The notes: generated by a model not told the origin, from the letters alone. 64,000 nt of DNA from Monocercomonoides exilis PA203 (GCA_001643675.2 LSRY02000042.1:558001-622000); one strand, 5' to 3'; shown: positions 11,840-26,400, numbered from the stretch's first letter. Numbers and translations are program-made.

Positions 11840-12691
11840 ATGTTTAAAACCACATTTCAATCGGGCTTTCTTTCTATCTTGTACTCAATTGGTAGCAAAC
11901 CACTTGCAATATGGGGACAGCATGGTTTGTTCAAAATATTTTATTATATCTTCAAAATTGTGCACTTCAATAATGAATTTTCTTTAATTGATATTTGAAT
12001 CATCTATTCGTATATAGTTGAAAATGGTCATATAAAGCGCATCACCGATCCTCATATTCAAACTTCTGTTATAGAAATAATAGGTACAAACGTGGCTACA
12101 TGTTATATTACATGTCCTGCTGATCCAGCAAAAACTCTCGGAATCAAGCTTCCATTTTTAGTGATGATTATTAAAAACGTATTGATTTATTTTATTATCA
12201 ATTATAATTTGTGTCATTTGCACAATAATTTTCAGATGAAGAAATATTTCTCTTTTGAAGTTCAAGTTCTTGATGACAAAAGTATCAAGCGTCGTTTTAG
12301 AGCAAGCAATTATCAGGCATTGCAAATTTGTTATTCTTTTTATATAACTTTTATAATCATTTTTTATTCAAATCCCTTAGAGTGCAACTCGTGTAAAGCC
12401 ATTTATTTGTACAATTCCTATGAATTTAGATGATGGCTGGAATCAAATTCAATTCAATCTTTCTGATTTTACGAGGAGAGCGTACGGAACAAATTACCTT
12501 GAAACACTTCGCGTGCAAGTTCATTGTAACTGCCGTTTGAGGAGAATCTACTTTTCTGACAGATTGTATTCAGAGGAAGAACTTCCAGCAGAATTTAAAC
12601 TTTATCTTCCGACAAGTTTGAAATTTATGATTGCAATAACTTTTATTTTTTTCTATTTTTCTTTCTTTCTTTTTAATCATTAGAAGCATAA
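11840..12691 (+). CDS. CFAP20: Cilia- and flagella-associated protein 20 (BUG22)
   Basis: Exons 11840-11924, 12018-12178, 12236-12316, 12381-12615 and 12684-12691 give [22 protein letters not shown]...[29 protein letters not shown]...RRFRASNYQ...[21 protein letters not shown]...[16 protein letters not shown]. Confidence 0.97.
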
Positions 12692-13172
12692 TACAGTTGT
12701 AAAAATCGTCAAACATTTCACAAGAAAAATTTTCAAAAATGAAACAAAACATAATTTTTTCAAACCTTTTATAACATCTTGTTTTTTAAATCCAATTGTA
12801 ATTTTTAAAATTTTTATGACATATATTTGTACGGTTATCAGTTTTCAATTACTCACGTTCTAATGATAATTTTTCTTTTCCGTTTCTTTTTTGAAGCGTT
12901 GAACACACCTCACAAAAAATTTGCAATTAGCTCACATTTTTTTGAATACCATTTTTACATCTTTTGTGATATTTCTCCAAAAATAAACGCATTCATAAAG
13001 TGAATCGTTTTAAAATAATGATGAATATCTAACTTTTATTTGTGTTGATACAACTTTCCAAAAACAAAAAACATACGTGACATATAATCTGTATGTGTTA
13101 TTCACAATCAGATCATTATTTGTTAAGGTTAGTGATCAATTTGTTTTAATTCTCAAAAGGTTGAATCAAAAA

Positions 13173-15008
13173 ATGGAAGTTGCTCCTGTTCCACGTTTGC
13201 ATAACATTGTGCATGAAATTAAAATTATGAACATTACAATTCATTTGAATAATTTCTTTTTCAGCACAAAAAGTTTTAATTCCCGAAATTTTTGCTGATG
13301 CATTGAAACCTTCTTTGATCAGAAATCTGTTTGAAGAAGGCGCAAGATTGCGTAAGTCTCATGGAGATGAAGTGCTTGATTTTTCTCTGGGGAATCCTAC
13401 ATTACCCCCACCTGAAGAATTTCAAAAAGCACTTGCTGAAGTTACAGCTCATGTTTGTTATTCTTTCGTTTTCTTTTCTTTTATAATTTCATATTGTTGT
13501 AGCCCCCTCCGGATCTTCATTCTTATATGCCAAATGTTGGAAGACCACAAACAAGAGCTGCAATTGCTGCCGAATTGAGCAAATGGCACAACATTCCTTT
13601 GAGAGCAGAAGTTTGCGGATCATTCTCATAAATGAAAAATAATCCTTTGATAAATCAATCAAACAATTATTTATTTGTTATAATTTTATTTAGCATTTCG
13701 TACTTTCTTGTGGTGCTGCAGCTGCAATCAGTGTTCTATTTCATTGCATAATCCCGGAGGATAGCGAAGTTATCATTATTGCTCCATTTTTCGCAGAATA
13801 TTTGCAATATATTAAAATCGCTCGCAGCAAAGCTGTTATTGTTCAATCAGATGAACATTATGATTTGGATGTTGATGCAATCGAAAAAGCTATCACTCCA
13901 AAAACTCGTGCAATTATCATTAACTCTCCAAACAATCCAACAGGAAAAATATATTCAGAAGCTACTCTTAGAAAGTTGGGAGAAGTTTGCACTATTTTGT
14001 GGCTTTACTCTATTTTATGATTTTTATTAAATTTATTTTTTTTCTCTGAAAGATGTTGATGAAAGTGTATACCAAGCGTCTTAGCGAGTCACGCGATGCC
14101 TCGCCAGTGTTCGTTGTGTCTGATGAGCCCTATCGTCGGTTGTCATATCTCGGCAAAGACACCCCGCTGCCATCGATCTTCAACTGCTACTCGTATTCAT
14201 TCATTGTCTCGTCATTTTCAAAGGATCTTTCACTGCCAGGTGAACGTATTGGATTCATTATTATGCATCCTTGCTTGTTCTCTTCAGAAATGCAAGGCGC
14301 TTTGTCAGTTTGTTGTTCAATTGAATTGGAAACGTTCATTGTTTTTCCTTTCTATTTATTTTCTGTTTTTTTATGATCATATTTTTTGAATACAATTTTG
14401 ATTGATGCGATAAATGATTGTCTATTTAGACTGCAACAAGAGTGCTTGGCTTTGTGAATGCACCTTCTTCAATCCAATTTGCTGTTGAGCGTTCCATCTC
14501 ATGTGATGTGTCAGCATCTGTTGAATGGTACAAGCAAAGGAGAGATGTATTCCACAAGGGACTTGTTGAGGTTTGATTATTATTATTATTATTGGTTATG
14601 AAAATATAATCATAAATATTTTGAATATTTTCTTTTTTTTTTTTCTATGAAAATTAATATCAAAAAAAAGGCTGGACTTCAATGCGAACTTCCAGAAGGA
14701 GCATTCTATTTGTTCCCTCGTGTACCTGAGGGAGTTACTGACAAAGAGGTTTGATAATTCCGTGTTTCCTATTCCTTATATTATTCTGTTTTTATTCACT
14801 TTTTTTTAAATAATTCTTTTTTTCTGTTTAGTTTTCTGAAGCTCTTAAGAAGCGTCTTGTGTTGGCTGTGCCAGGATGTGCCTTTGGAGACAGCAGAAGC
14901 GTCCGATTTGCCTACTGCTGCGACATGGAAACCATCGAAAAAGCTATTCCTCGCATTGCAGAGACAGTGAAAGAGATCAAAGAGCAAAAAGCCGCTGCTA
15001 CTAAGTAG
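13173..15008 (+). CDS. PLP-dependent class I aminotransferase (bacterial aspartate aminotransferase-like), 7 introns
   Basis: GT-AG introns 13195-13264, 13453-13502, 13611-13693, 13985-14052, 14308-14429, 14571-14670 and 14749-14831 all keep frame. Motifs DFSLGNP, INSPNNPTG, SDEPY, SFSKDLSLPGERIG (PLP Lys) and PEGAFYLF. Confidence 0.95.
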
Positions 15009-16146
15009 CCTTTACAATTGTTGTTGAATTCTTTTTTGCTGTGATTTTGTTTTTGTAAATCATTCACTCTTTTACAAGTATACTCTGTTAATATTAAGGA
15101 AGATAGTTGTGTTTGGTAAATGTTAAGTTAAATAGCATTTCTTCATGAGAATCATGATGGAAAAATAATACAATTATTTTAAAAAGAAAATTCAGTGGTC
15201 CTTATTTGTTCTGAAACAAATGTCATTTATTGCAATGAATGGGTATTTTATTTAAATGTGCTATTCTATTTTATAAAAGCTACCAGTTCAAAATTGATTT
15301 ATTAAATAATTCATTGGATTTTTTGTTCTTTTTTTAATTTTTTAATTATGAAATCAATTTTTAGTTGTATTCAAACTGTTGAACACCGAATTTTTTAATT
15401 TGTTTTGATATGTTCAGTGGAATATTTTTCCTAGCAAGTTTCAAGCAAATGTCTGAATATTGTGAAAAAGTGACTTTGGAAATATTTTCCGAAGTAAATA
15501 ATTATTGAATATTTTCATCAAATATGCATTTCAATCAACAAATATTCACCGACGTGTAAATAACAACGTTGTCAAGCATTTGTTTCCATAATGGTGAATT
15601 TTGGTGATATGGAAGAATTATTGATGAAAATATTCAATTTTCATTTTCACGTGTTTATTAAAAAAAAGAACGTTTCAATATATTTTAAACAAAAATATTA
15701 ATGAAACAAAACAATCAATAAAGCAGGATAACATATTTTTTGCAATAATTCAAAAATAATGAGCATGAATCCGTTAAAACACGTTTTTATCACAACGGAC
15801 TTTTTTTCCTTTATCATTTTTGAAAAATAATAAGAAAATACAGAAGAATATAAAAAACGTGATGCATTTTGAAATCAAAAACTACAATTCTGTGTTTTAA
15901 TAAAAAGGTTCATTGTTATTCAATTGGAAAATTTTAATTAAATAATTTATCACTCGCACTTGTCATCAACGGCATTGTTTGATATGAAAAAGATGAAGTT
16001 ATTTCGAAATTGCATTTTCTTTTATGTGATCATTTTGAGAAATGTGAAATTCTTTTTGAATAGTCGCAAATGTTAAATTTTCAAATAAATGGGACAAAAA
16101 TATTTGACTTCAGGCATTTTCATTGAAAAAATGTTTGCTTCTGATA

Positions 16147-17469
16147 CAGTCTGTCCCAAAAAAATGTTGATCTGTCCGTTTTTAATGTCGATCATACCAT
16201 CAACAATATCCAAAAAGGACTCCCAAAATTGAATGATATGAGTATGATTGATATGTTTTGTTAATGTCATGTTTTGTTTAAGAGCTCTTTGAGTAAATGA
16301 CTCGAAAATAAACAAATTAGAAATGGTATGCACGTTATAATCATTCAATTTCAATTTACCATTTTAATGCATTTTCTTTTTGGTTATGTATCTTTCATAT
16401 TTCGTGTAGATTGAATAATGGAACATATTGAAGATTGTCTCATGATCGGTTCTAAGTCAAAAAACTATCACTTGCGAAACGAAAAGTTGATTCAACAGAA
16501 ACAGTCGGTTTGTTGTTCTCAAATTCTCCATGTTTTAGCAAAATACGTGTTTTAAAATAATCTTCAATTTTGTGCATTCTTCAAATTAGCTAGTTTGTTC
16601 TATCATTTTATTGCAGAATATATCCTTCGTATGCTTTCCATGTGTTGAAAACAACATTATAACTTCTCCTTTTGATTTTCCTTAAGTATTGAATTTATTA
16701 TTGAAAGAGATGATTTATATGTTTAAAGAAAGATTTTGTACTTATAATTTTGCTTTCAAAACTTTGATTTTTTACATCACAATGAAAGTTTTTTAATTTT
16801 TTGTTAATTTTGATTTGTTTAGAGACTAAATATAAAAAAATAAAAACATTTGTGTTGACACTTTCGATTTACGAGAAATGAAAATACATATTTTCTTGAT
16901 TCCAGAGCATGATCAATGAGATATTTGCTCATTTTCTTTATAAAAGTTTAATGAAAATAAAGAATAATGAAATAAGTTCAACAGTCATTAATCAATATTC
17001 AATTTTATATTGAAATTTTGAAGTGAAAAGCACGAATAAAACAGTTAAATAACCGTTCAGAGCATAAAATAAACATAAATTTTAAAGAAACAAGTTCAAT
17101 TTGTTCAAAACGGACAACACATTTAATAAATATGATTCTATAAGTAATAATTAATTAGAAAATTGGCGCACAAAGATTTCAACTAGAATATTCTCTTTCA
17201 AGACCTTATTCGAGTGAGAATGATAATGAAAGAATATGAAACCAAATAATAGCAAAATTTGTAAATGAACTATTGTGTAACAAACAACAAACATCATTGA
17301 TTATTTCTTGGTTAAAAAAAATATCAATAACTCCATTTTCCACGTAAAGTCATATTTTCTTACATGCAATCCATTAAATTGATGAAAAATATGGTTCATT
17401 ATTTATTTAAAAAGCATGGAATGATCGACATTAAAAACGGACAGATCAACATTTTTTTGGGACAGACTG
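16147..17469. mobile_element. Non-autonomous TIR element (MITE-like, Tc1/mariner/pogo type), 1323 bp
   Basis: Perfect 49-bp TIRs at 16147-16195 and 17421-17469, starting CAGTCTGTCCC. TA flanks both sides (16145-16146, 17470-17471). The interior is AT-rich and has no transposase ORF. Confidence 0.9.
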
Positions 17470-18236
17470 TATGTTTTTGTGAACAAATAATTAGAAGAAA
17501 ATGGGTTTATTTTTTGATATACATGTGAGGTCACAAAACATAATGTTTTTTTATCAATGATGTTTGTTTACAGATTTGAGAATCATATTTATTTTGAAAT
17601 CTGGTTAAGTTAAAAAATGTTATAAGCGAAACAATTTTTACAAACTTTGTGCATTAAAAGCTTGAAAGTTCATATTTTTCCACAGTTATAATCATTAAAA
17701 TTGAGTTATGAATCCAAAAAAAATAATATTTTATATCTCAAATATCTAAATTTATTCAAAAAATTCTTATTGTCAAATGTTTCAACAAAAAATAAATACA
17801 AAAAAATGAAAAATAAGAAAAGAAAAAATTCTTTTCCTTTAATAGAAGATAATCACAATTCAAATGCGTCTCATGAAATTGATAAACGGATGATGATTAT
17901 TCATCAAACGTAATTTTCTTGATTCTTATCCTTTTGTCCTTGAAATATTCTTTGGAATGTTAAAAGAAATTTATTTTCTCCCCATCATATCATTTCAATA
18001 CCAATAAAAAACTTTTGTATAAATTATTTTATAAAAATAAAATTCATTCTTAATGGTTTGCCCCGATAAAAATTATAAATCGTAAACTTTAACTAAAAAA
18101 TCTTACAATCTACAACATAAATGACGATAAACCAAAAACTGAAAATTGAAGATAAAACATACAGAGAAAAAATTTAAGACTACTAAATAATGGTAATAAA
18201 ACGAATAAGTCATCAATAATAAACATAATGTATAAT

Positions 18237-18334
18237 TTAATTTGTTAATGAACCAATCCCAACAAATAATTTTTGCCCAAGAGCCAGCGTAAAATCGCGT
18301 ATTGTGGGATAAGGATTGAACCCTTTCCTGAAAA

Positions 18335-18418
<84 letters not shown>

Positions 18419-18441
18419 GATAGAGATAGAGATAAAGACAG

Positions 18442-18486
<45 letters not shown>

Positions 18487-21400
18487 AAATATAATTTTCA
18501 ATTTATTATTCGAAAAATAAAATTTGCTAAAAGATAAAAAAATAAACAATAGGAAACACACTTATTTGTTGTGCTGAGAATCCATTTTGCACACTCAGCC
18601 TGGAACTTCGTTTGTCTGATGTCGTATTTCTTCAAATATTCAATACACTGCTCACGTATCTGATGATATAAACAAGAATTTCAATGATAAATATATATAT
18701 ATATATATAATGAAATAATTATTACAATGAATACTAAAAATGTTAAAAGGAAAGAAAATAAAAGAACAAAATAAGCAAAGAAAATACGTTTTTCATTTTT
18801 CATTTCATTTATTTTTTCCCACAAATATAAAATAAATTCATTAACTCATTAAATAAATAACAATCACAATTATTCTCAAACAATCCCAAACCTTTTTCAC
18901 GCTTCCCTGTGACACCGTAAAATAACCCACTCCTGCATTACACAGATAAATAGCAAGTGCTTTGCAGAAGATCACAAACGGCTCAATATGCTTGTCATCC
19001 TTTTTTCCCTGTGCAAAGTGCTCTGCGCAGCAACTAATGTTTGTCAGATCTTTCTTCCCCATCTGCACAGGAAACGCCGACAAGCCCGACACAAATGAAA
19101 TAAACAATGACGAGCCTCTTTCTTTGTCTCGGCAGGTCAAAGCAAGAATCGCCTGAGAAAGAGATATAAGAAGAGGGATGGACTGATACACGTGAGAGGG
19201 GCTGTACTCCAATAGCTTCAGCCAACTGACTGCGTCTGTCAGCATCTCCTTTGCAGATTCTGCTGAGAAAGCAGAAGAAGAAGAAGAAGAAGAAGAAAGT
19301 TCCTTTTGCATCTTCACCAGCCTTGTTTCCTTGATCTGCAACGTGGGTGCAAAGCGAAGTCCGAACAAGTTGATGGTGAGTATCTTCATCACAATCAGGT
19401 TGAGTACAAAAAAAAAGCGGAAAATGTGGCTGGTGTTGATGATGGACAAGACAGTTTCGGCGTCGCTGAGGTTGAGGGAGAGGAGGAGGAGGACGTATGG
19501 ATAGCGATGGATGTCAGGCTGTGAGAAGGAAGGAGGAAGAGACGAGCTCTGCTGCTCCATCGTCGCCTTGGCAGAGTCGAAGGAGGAAGAAGAGGAGGAG
19601 GAGGAAGAGGAAGAAGAGGAAGGAGGAGGAGGAGGTGGTGGTGGAGGAGGAGCAGAAGGAGAAGAGGAGGAAGGATACGGAGAAGGAGGAAGAGCAGTTG
19701 AAGATGAACGAGAAGAGGAAGAAGGGTCTAAAGGAGTTTTGACTGGAGTGGAAGAGGAATGAGAATTGAATGAAGTATCGTCTATTGTTGGTGTCATTGC
19801 GGAAGAAGAGAAAGGAGAAGGAGAAAGAGAAGAAGCAGAAGAGGAAGAGGAGGAAGAGGAAGGAGAGGAAGGAGAATTCTTCCCACCACTCACATCCACA
19901 AAACCTTCCACCACATTCTGTACAACCCTCTTCTGTGCTGCTATTCCCAGATATGCTCCTTGTTCAGCAGCTGAATAGAGACTCAGCTGTGCTTTCCATT
20001 GCGACGTGTATTGCGGATCCTGCAGCGACAGCTCTCTGAACATGGGCCTGGCGATGAAGCGGTTCTCATCCACGACAAAAGGGAAAGGGAGAGAAAGAGA
20101 AAGAGCAACAGCAGTGTCAAGCAAGGCGCAGGCGAAGACGACGCTGGCTGACTTCTCCTTTTGGCGGAAGGCAGAGACGTCGGTGGAGAGGAAGAGGAGG
20201 TCGAGAGGAGTGAGAGGGGTGAGGGGGAAGGAAGAAGAAGAAATAGAAGGGGAAGAATTGGAAGAAGAAGAATTAGAAGAAAGAGAAGATATGGAAGAAG
20301 AAGATGGAGAAGAAGAAAGAGAAGAAGAATAAGAAGAGGAGGAAGAAGAAGAAGAAGAAGAAGAAGCAGAAGAGAGAGACAATCTTGTGTCTTGTTCTCT
20401 TTCTGCACAACAGAGCAACAGAAATGAGGAGGAAGCAGATAAATTGCTTGGAGCATCAGCAACAGATGAAGGAGATGAATGAGAAGAATTAAAAGAAGAA
20501 GAAAGAGAAAGAGAAGAAGAAGACAGCGACGAGAACGAAGTCGCAAACCCACCTTTCCCATCAGCTGCCACTTCTTCCTCGTTTGCACAGCACATCTTCC
20601 ACTTCTTCCTTATCCCGTTCAAATCGACGCTGTTGAACAATGCCCCACACACAAACGGCTGCACTTGAGGGGCAGACAGCAAAGAAGCAGCGAGAAGTGC
20701 AATGAACTTGCCATCACTGCGAACATTGTGGATGACTGGGAAGAAGATGAAAGAGCGGAGCAGAGCTGTGATGTCGTCGATACTGATAGACGCGCTGTTT
20801 TGGAGGGAAGACTCACCAAAGATAGAGAGGACGAAGCAGCTGAGCTCATAGATGGAGAATAGAGAGGGGCCCCAGAAGTGGAAGGATTGGTATGGCTGCA
20901 GGATTTCCTGGGTGGTGCTGGCATTGCTGTTAATGTTAGTGTTACTGTTTATGTTACTATTACTGACACCTTGCATGCTATTCACACCGTTCATACTGTT
21001 CATACTGTTCATGCTATTCACACTGTTCATGCTATTATTACTGATATTAACATTAGCATTGCTGACTGGATTGCGAACAACAGGAGAAGAAGGCGCCTGT
21101 CTCTGCTGGGAGTGCGGGATCTGCACTGAACGAGGCGGAGAAGAAGGAGTGTGAGGCACAATGTAGGCAAGTTGAGAAGGATGTGGTTGCATTGGTGATT
21201 GCATTGATGGCTGCATAGGAGATTGCATAGGAGATTGCAGGGGTGTTTGAAGAGGAGTTTGAAGAGGTGAGGGAGGGGCCAATCCTTGTTGTCTTTGTTG
21301 TTGCACTTGAAGCTGTGGGGGACGCAGAATATGAACTTGTTGTTGTTGTTGCTGTTGCAATTGCTGCTGCTGTTGTTGCGAGGGCTGAGGAGGAGTCTGA

Positions 21401-22045
21401 GGAGGATTCTGTAAAGAGGTGAATTTTTGTGCAAAGCGGTTGAAGAAGCTTGTCGTTGCACGGCTTATCGGCTCAAAAGCAGAAGAACCGGAATTTGTAC
21501 TATTGGTCTGATAAGATTGAGGAGTTTGATTGAGATTGCTAGCTTGATTAAGTTGATTTATCTGAGTGTATTGATTGTATTGGCTTTGCTGGTTTAGTTG
21601 ATTCAACTGGCTTGGCTGATACGGACGCTGGAATGCTGCTGTCTGCACACCCATCTGTGGAGCTACGGGATCCATTTGAGAAGACAAAGGAAGAGAAGAA
21701 GAAGAAGAAGAAGAAGAAGAAGAAGAAGAAGGAAGAGGCTGGCGATACACATCATACAGCCTCAGCAGCTCAAACGTCCTCTTGTTCTTCTCATACATCT
21801 CCTTCCCTTTTCCCTTCCAGTGCGACTCACTTCTGGTGAGCTGAATGCGACACGGGTGTTCATTTCTTACTGAGTTGATCTCGTTCCACACATCCACGGT
21901 GCTCATGGCAAAGCGATGACCTACCACAAACGGGGTGCTCAGCAGCTGCCCAACAAAGGAGGAGTACAAATACGTCTTCAGATACGATATGTTGGTGAAA
22001 TCGGAAGGTGTTTTGGAGGAGGAAGAGGAAGAGGAAGAGGAGGAG

Positions 22046-22077
<32 letters not shown>

Positions 22078-23416
22078 AGAGGAAGAGGATGACTTATCAA
22101 TAGGAGCAGCAGATTTATTCGGAGGAAGAGGAGTTGGAGGCAGCTTTCTTGGGGGAGCAGTGAGAGAATGAGGGAGAGAAGGAAGGAGAGGGCGAATGGA
22201 AGAGAAAGAAGAAGAAGGCGAACATGTCAAAGAAGGTCTTCTTTCTCCTGCGCCTTTCTTTCCCACCTGACCGTCTGATTGAGCTGAGCTTAGCGCTTGT
22301 TCTCTTTGCCTGTCAAATGCATTCGCCAGCTGCTGTTGCAAAGGGGTGTCACAAAACTCCTTTCCGAAGCAGACGAAGCCAACCACACGGTGGACAAGAT
22401 TGAATGCACATTCGGCAGCTGAGTCGCTGGTAAAGAGCGTGTGGAGAGGGAAAGAAGAAAACCCCTCTTGCACAATGACTGTTAAGGTAGTGGTGGTGAG
22501 ATAACTCCAGGGGAGAGCGAGGAGCTGGTAGCTGAAGAGAAGCGACTGGAATTCAGCTGGGGCTGATTGGAGGATGCATTTGGGGTAGGCGCACTTGCTG
22601 TGGAGAGAAGGAGAAAGAGAAGAAGTGACAGAGGAAGGGAGGAAAGCGAGGAGAGGAGAGAGAGAAAGAAAAGGGAGAGTTGGAGTGAAGGAGAAGTCTG
22701 CTTCTGAAGGGAGCCCTTTGCAGAGAGTGAGGAGGACGCAGAGGAGAAGGCCAAGGGCAGCATCGGGTGGGGTTGAGAGCATTTGGGAGTCACTTTCAGC
22801 TGCTGAGGGGAAATGGTGTGTGATATCGATTTCTGTTAAGGAAGAAGCTGGCTCGTAAATAAGAGAAGTTTTCATAAGGGAAGAAGAAGAAGAAGAAGAA
22901 GAAGACAATTGTTTAAGATCTTGTTTTTGTTTTGTTGTTTTTCCTTTTCTGTTCTTCTTCTTCTTCTCCTCCTCCTCGTGGGGTGTCTTCACCAAGCAGG
23001 AGAAGATGGCGAGCCAGCTGAGCTTCGGAATGATGCGAACAACAAGATGTGGATGTAAGTCAGCCACAACAGCAAGCGAATGCAAATCCGACAAGGAGGG
23101 ACTCCAGCTCTCCCACTTGATGTCTGAGAAGACTGAATCGAAGGGGGTGATGATGTTTTCTGTGAGGGAGTCGCCGTAGGAGACGAGCCAGGGCAAGAGG
23201 AGGTGGCTGTAGAGGTGCCACAGGCGAGAGAGGAGGACAGAAGAGGAATGGCATTCAGCAGCTGAGGAAATAAGATCGTTTAAAAGAGAAATGGATTTGA
23301 GGTAGATTTCTTGCACTTCTTCGATTTTTTTGGGGCTGAAAGGGTGGAGTTGGGAAGGAGGGACCTGTTTCCAGTCGAAGAGAGGGAGAGGGAACTGGGA
23401 TTTGAGGGAGAGAGAA

Positions 23417-23448
<32 letters not shown>

Positions 23449-26400
23449 TGTTGAAGGAGAAGAAGGAGAAAAGGAAGAATTAGAAGAAGAAGAAGAAGCA
23501 GCAGAAGAAGAATAATCAGAATAATGTCCCTGATACCTCACATCCTCCTGGCTATTCACTCCATTTTGAGGCACATACAAGTCAAACGGCTCAAAATGCA
23601 TCCAATCTGCTCTTGTTGGCAGCAACAACACAGACAATACATCCACAACACACTCAAAACGAGTAACACACTCAATTTTTGAGTGGCTTATCGAATTCAC
23701 TTTCACATGGGCGAGCGATTTCACCAGCTGAAAGACAGCGTCTGTGATGTCATCTGGCAGCACCGCAAAGAGAGAAGAGAAATCGACAAAGACTTTTGCC
23801 TGCTCTTGGCGTATCCATCGCATTCTTGTTAAAGAGTCAGCGATGCTGATGAGAGAGGCGTTGACACATTCAATGGACAGCTGGTGGGTGCTGCTGTGTT
23901 TGTCGATGAAAGAAGAGAGGGAGAGGAGAAGGCGAATAGGCAGGGTGCGAAGAAACTGCACTTTTGGTGGATCAGAGGGTGAAGAAAGAGAAGTTATGGA
24001 GGTTAATGAAGAAGAAGAAGATGTTGAAGAAGAAGAAGAGGAGGAGGAAGAAGAAGAGGAAGAAGAAGGTTGCAACGAACAAGCAGTCTTCCATTCAACC
24101 ACATCGCAGCTGAGGACGTGCATAGCATATCCGATGCAAAAGGGAAGCAGCTCATTCGGCAGATAGTCAACAAGGTCGATGATGAGAGAGAGATAATGGG
24201 CAAAGACGGGAGTGTCTTCTCCATTGAGCTCAAAGGGAGGGAATTCAAATGGAAGAGAAGAAGAGGAAGAGGAAGAGGAAGAAGAAGAAGAAGAAGAAGA
24301 AGAGGAAGAGGAAGAAGAAGAAGAGGAAGAGGAAGAAGTTGATGATGAATTGTTCTTTGGCCCAATGTTGATTGGCTGGGGAAAGTTTAATGAAACCATG
24401 TTGTTCATAGAAGAAGCTTGATGAGAAGAAGAGTTTTGAGGCGTAGCTGCTTTGTGTGTGTTTCTATTCTGAATGGAGAGCTGGTTGTTTGCTGTTGTTG
24501 ATGATATTGTTGTGCATCTTTCATCATCTGAATCTTCGTTTAATGGAATCTCCTTTGAAAGATCTGAAATGGAAGAAGAAGAAGAAGAGGAGGAGGAGGA
24601 GGAGGAAAAAGAAGAAGAGGTAGATGAAGCAATGAAAGAAGAAGAATAAACAGTATTTGTTCCATTTAAACCTTCAAGCTCAAACAAATCCCCTTCCTTT
24701 GCGAAAAACAGATCTTTTTTGTGAATGTTGAGTGGGTCAGGGACAAAATACATTGTTCTTCTTTTCACAGAAGAAGGCAGGGAAACAGCAGAATCAAGGC
24801 CCAAGTGATGGAGAAGAGAGATATGAACGATGAGTGTTTGGAGGAAGTACTTCACTTCAGACAGGGAGATGGAGGTAAATGACTTAGAGGAAGAAGAAGA
24901 AGAAGAAGAAGGAGAAGAAGAGGAAGAAGAAGAAGAAGATGATGATGAGAAGGAGACGGGGGAAGAAAAGGAAAGAACAGATTTCACATCGATGAAGGAG
25001 AAGAAGCGGTTGCAGAGAGAAAGAGGAGAGCTGACTTGAATCAACATGTTCATCTTTGCCGGCTCAGCAGAAGGAGAAAAAGGAAGTTTTTTATTTTTGT
25101 ATGGCAAATTAGCATCATCGTCATCAGCATCAGTCAAAAACGCATTTTCTGAAGCAGAATGAGGAAGGAATTTCAAGTTATTCACGATGGAGGTGGGGAA
25201 GAAAAGAAGCATAAGACCATTGTAAAAAGTAAGAATATCAGCCAAAGTGAAGAGAGGAGGAAGAAAACCCTGGAGAGTGTGGGAGATGTGCAGCTGGACG
25301 AGAGAAGAGAGAGGGAAGAGAGAGAGAGAGGAAGAGACAGAGCAGATAGAAGGGAGCTGGGGGTGGTGGGGCTTGGAGTTGTCATGGGAAGAAGAAGAAG
25401 AAGAAGAAGAAGAGAAAGAAGAAGAAGATGATGAAGAATTAGCTTGAGCTGCATCCTCCACCACCACATTGACCATTGTTTTGAGATATTCAAACACTTT
25501 GTTGATGACTTGACTGGCAGGCTGTTTCGAAGAAGAAGGAATCTCATCATTGAATGCCACATCACAAGGGAGAAGGGTAGGGGCGACGAGGAACGCTGCT
25601 AAAAGGTCAGAGGAGAGGGAGAAGAGGAACCAGAAGACGAAGCTGAGACGCGATTTCACAAAGGATTTGAAGGAGAGAGAGATGAGTTTGAAGGACAAGT
25701 CTGTTGCTGCTTCGAAGAGATCGGTGCGGGTAGCTGGGAAGTTGTGGGGGAGAAGGTGATTGTTGAAAGCGGAAGAAGAAGAAGAAGAGGAGAAAGAAGA
25801 GGAAGAGGAAGAGGAGGAAGAGGAAGAAGAAGACAATGTTAAAGCCAACAGAGGAGCATGTTTAGCAAGCAACGGAGAATGGAGTATGCTGCTCAGCCTA
25901 AGCAATTGCTTCACCTGTTTTGGAGGTGCTCTTATCAGCTGATGCTGAGAATACATCTCAAATACGACGCTCACTGGAGACACAGGATGATGCAGCACCT
26001 TCATCACAGCAAAGAACAAGTGCACAAGAAGCTCAGAAAACAAGCCACACTCCATCGATGTTGGCGAGGTGAAGGAGACTTCTTCCCTTTCTGCTGCTTC
26101 CCAGAGCAGATTGAGCTGTGAGTTGTATTCTTCACTCAGTTCCTGTTTGTTGTATTCGATCTGCACATTCAAAGGGGACGTGCAGTTGCTTCCACACGAA
26201 ATCTTCACATCCACTTTCTCTGGGACGATGTAGTAGAGCTGCTGAAGGAGAAGCATCACGCTCTCTGCGCTTTCGCGGCTGGCTTCTTCTTTTGATGGCA
26301 TTTCATTGAACGAGAAGTTGTTGAGCTGCTCCAAAATGAAGAAGAAAGCTGATTTGAGCTCCTGAAGACTGGAAGTGGAAGGAGGTTCGCTCAATGGAAG

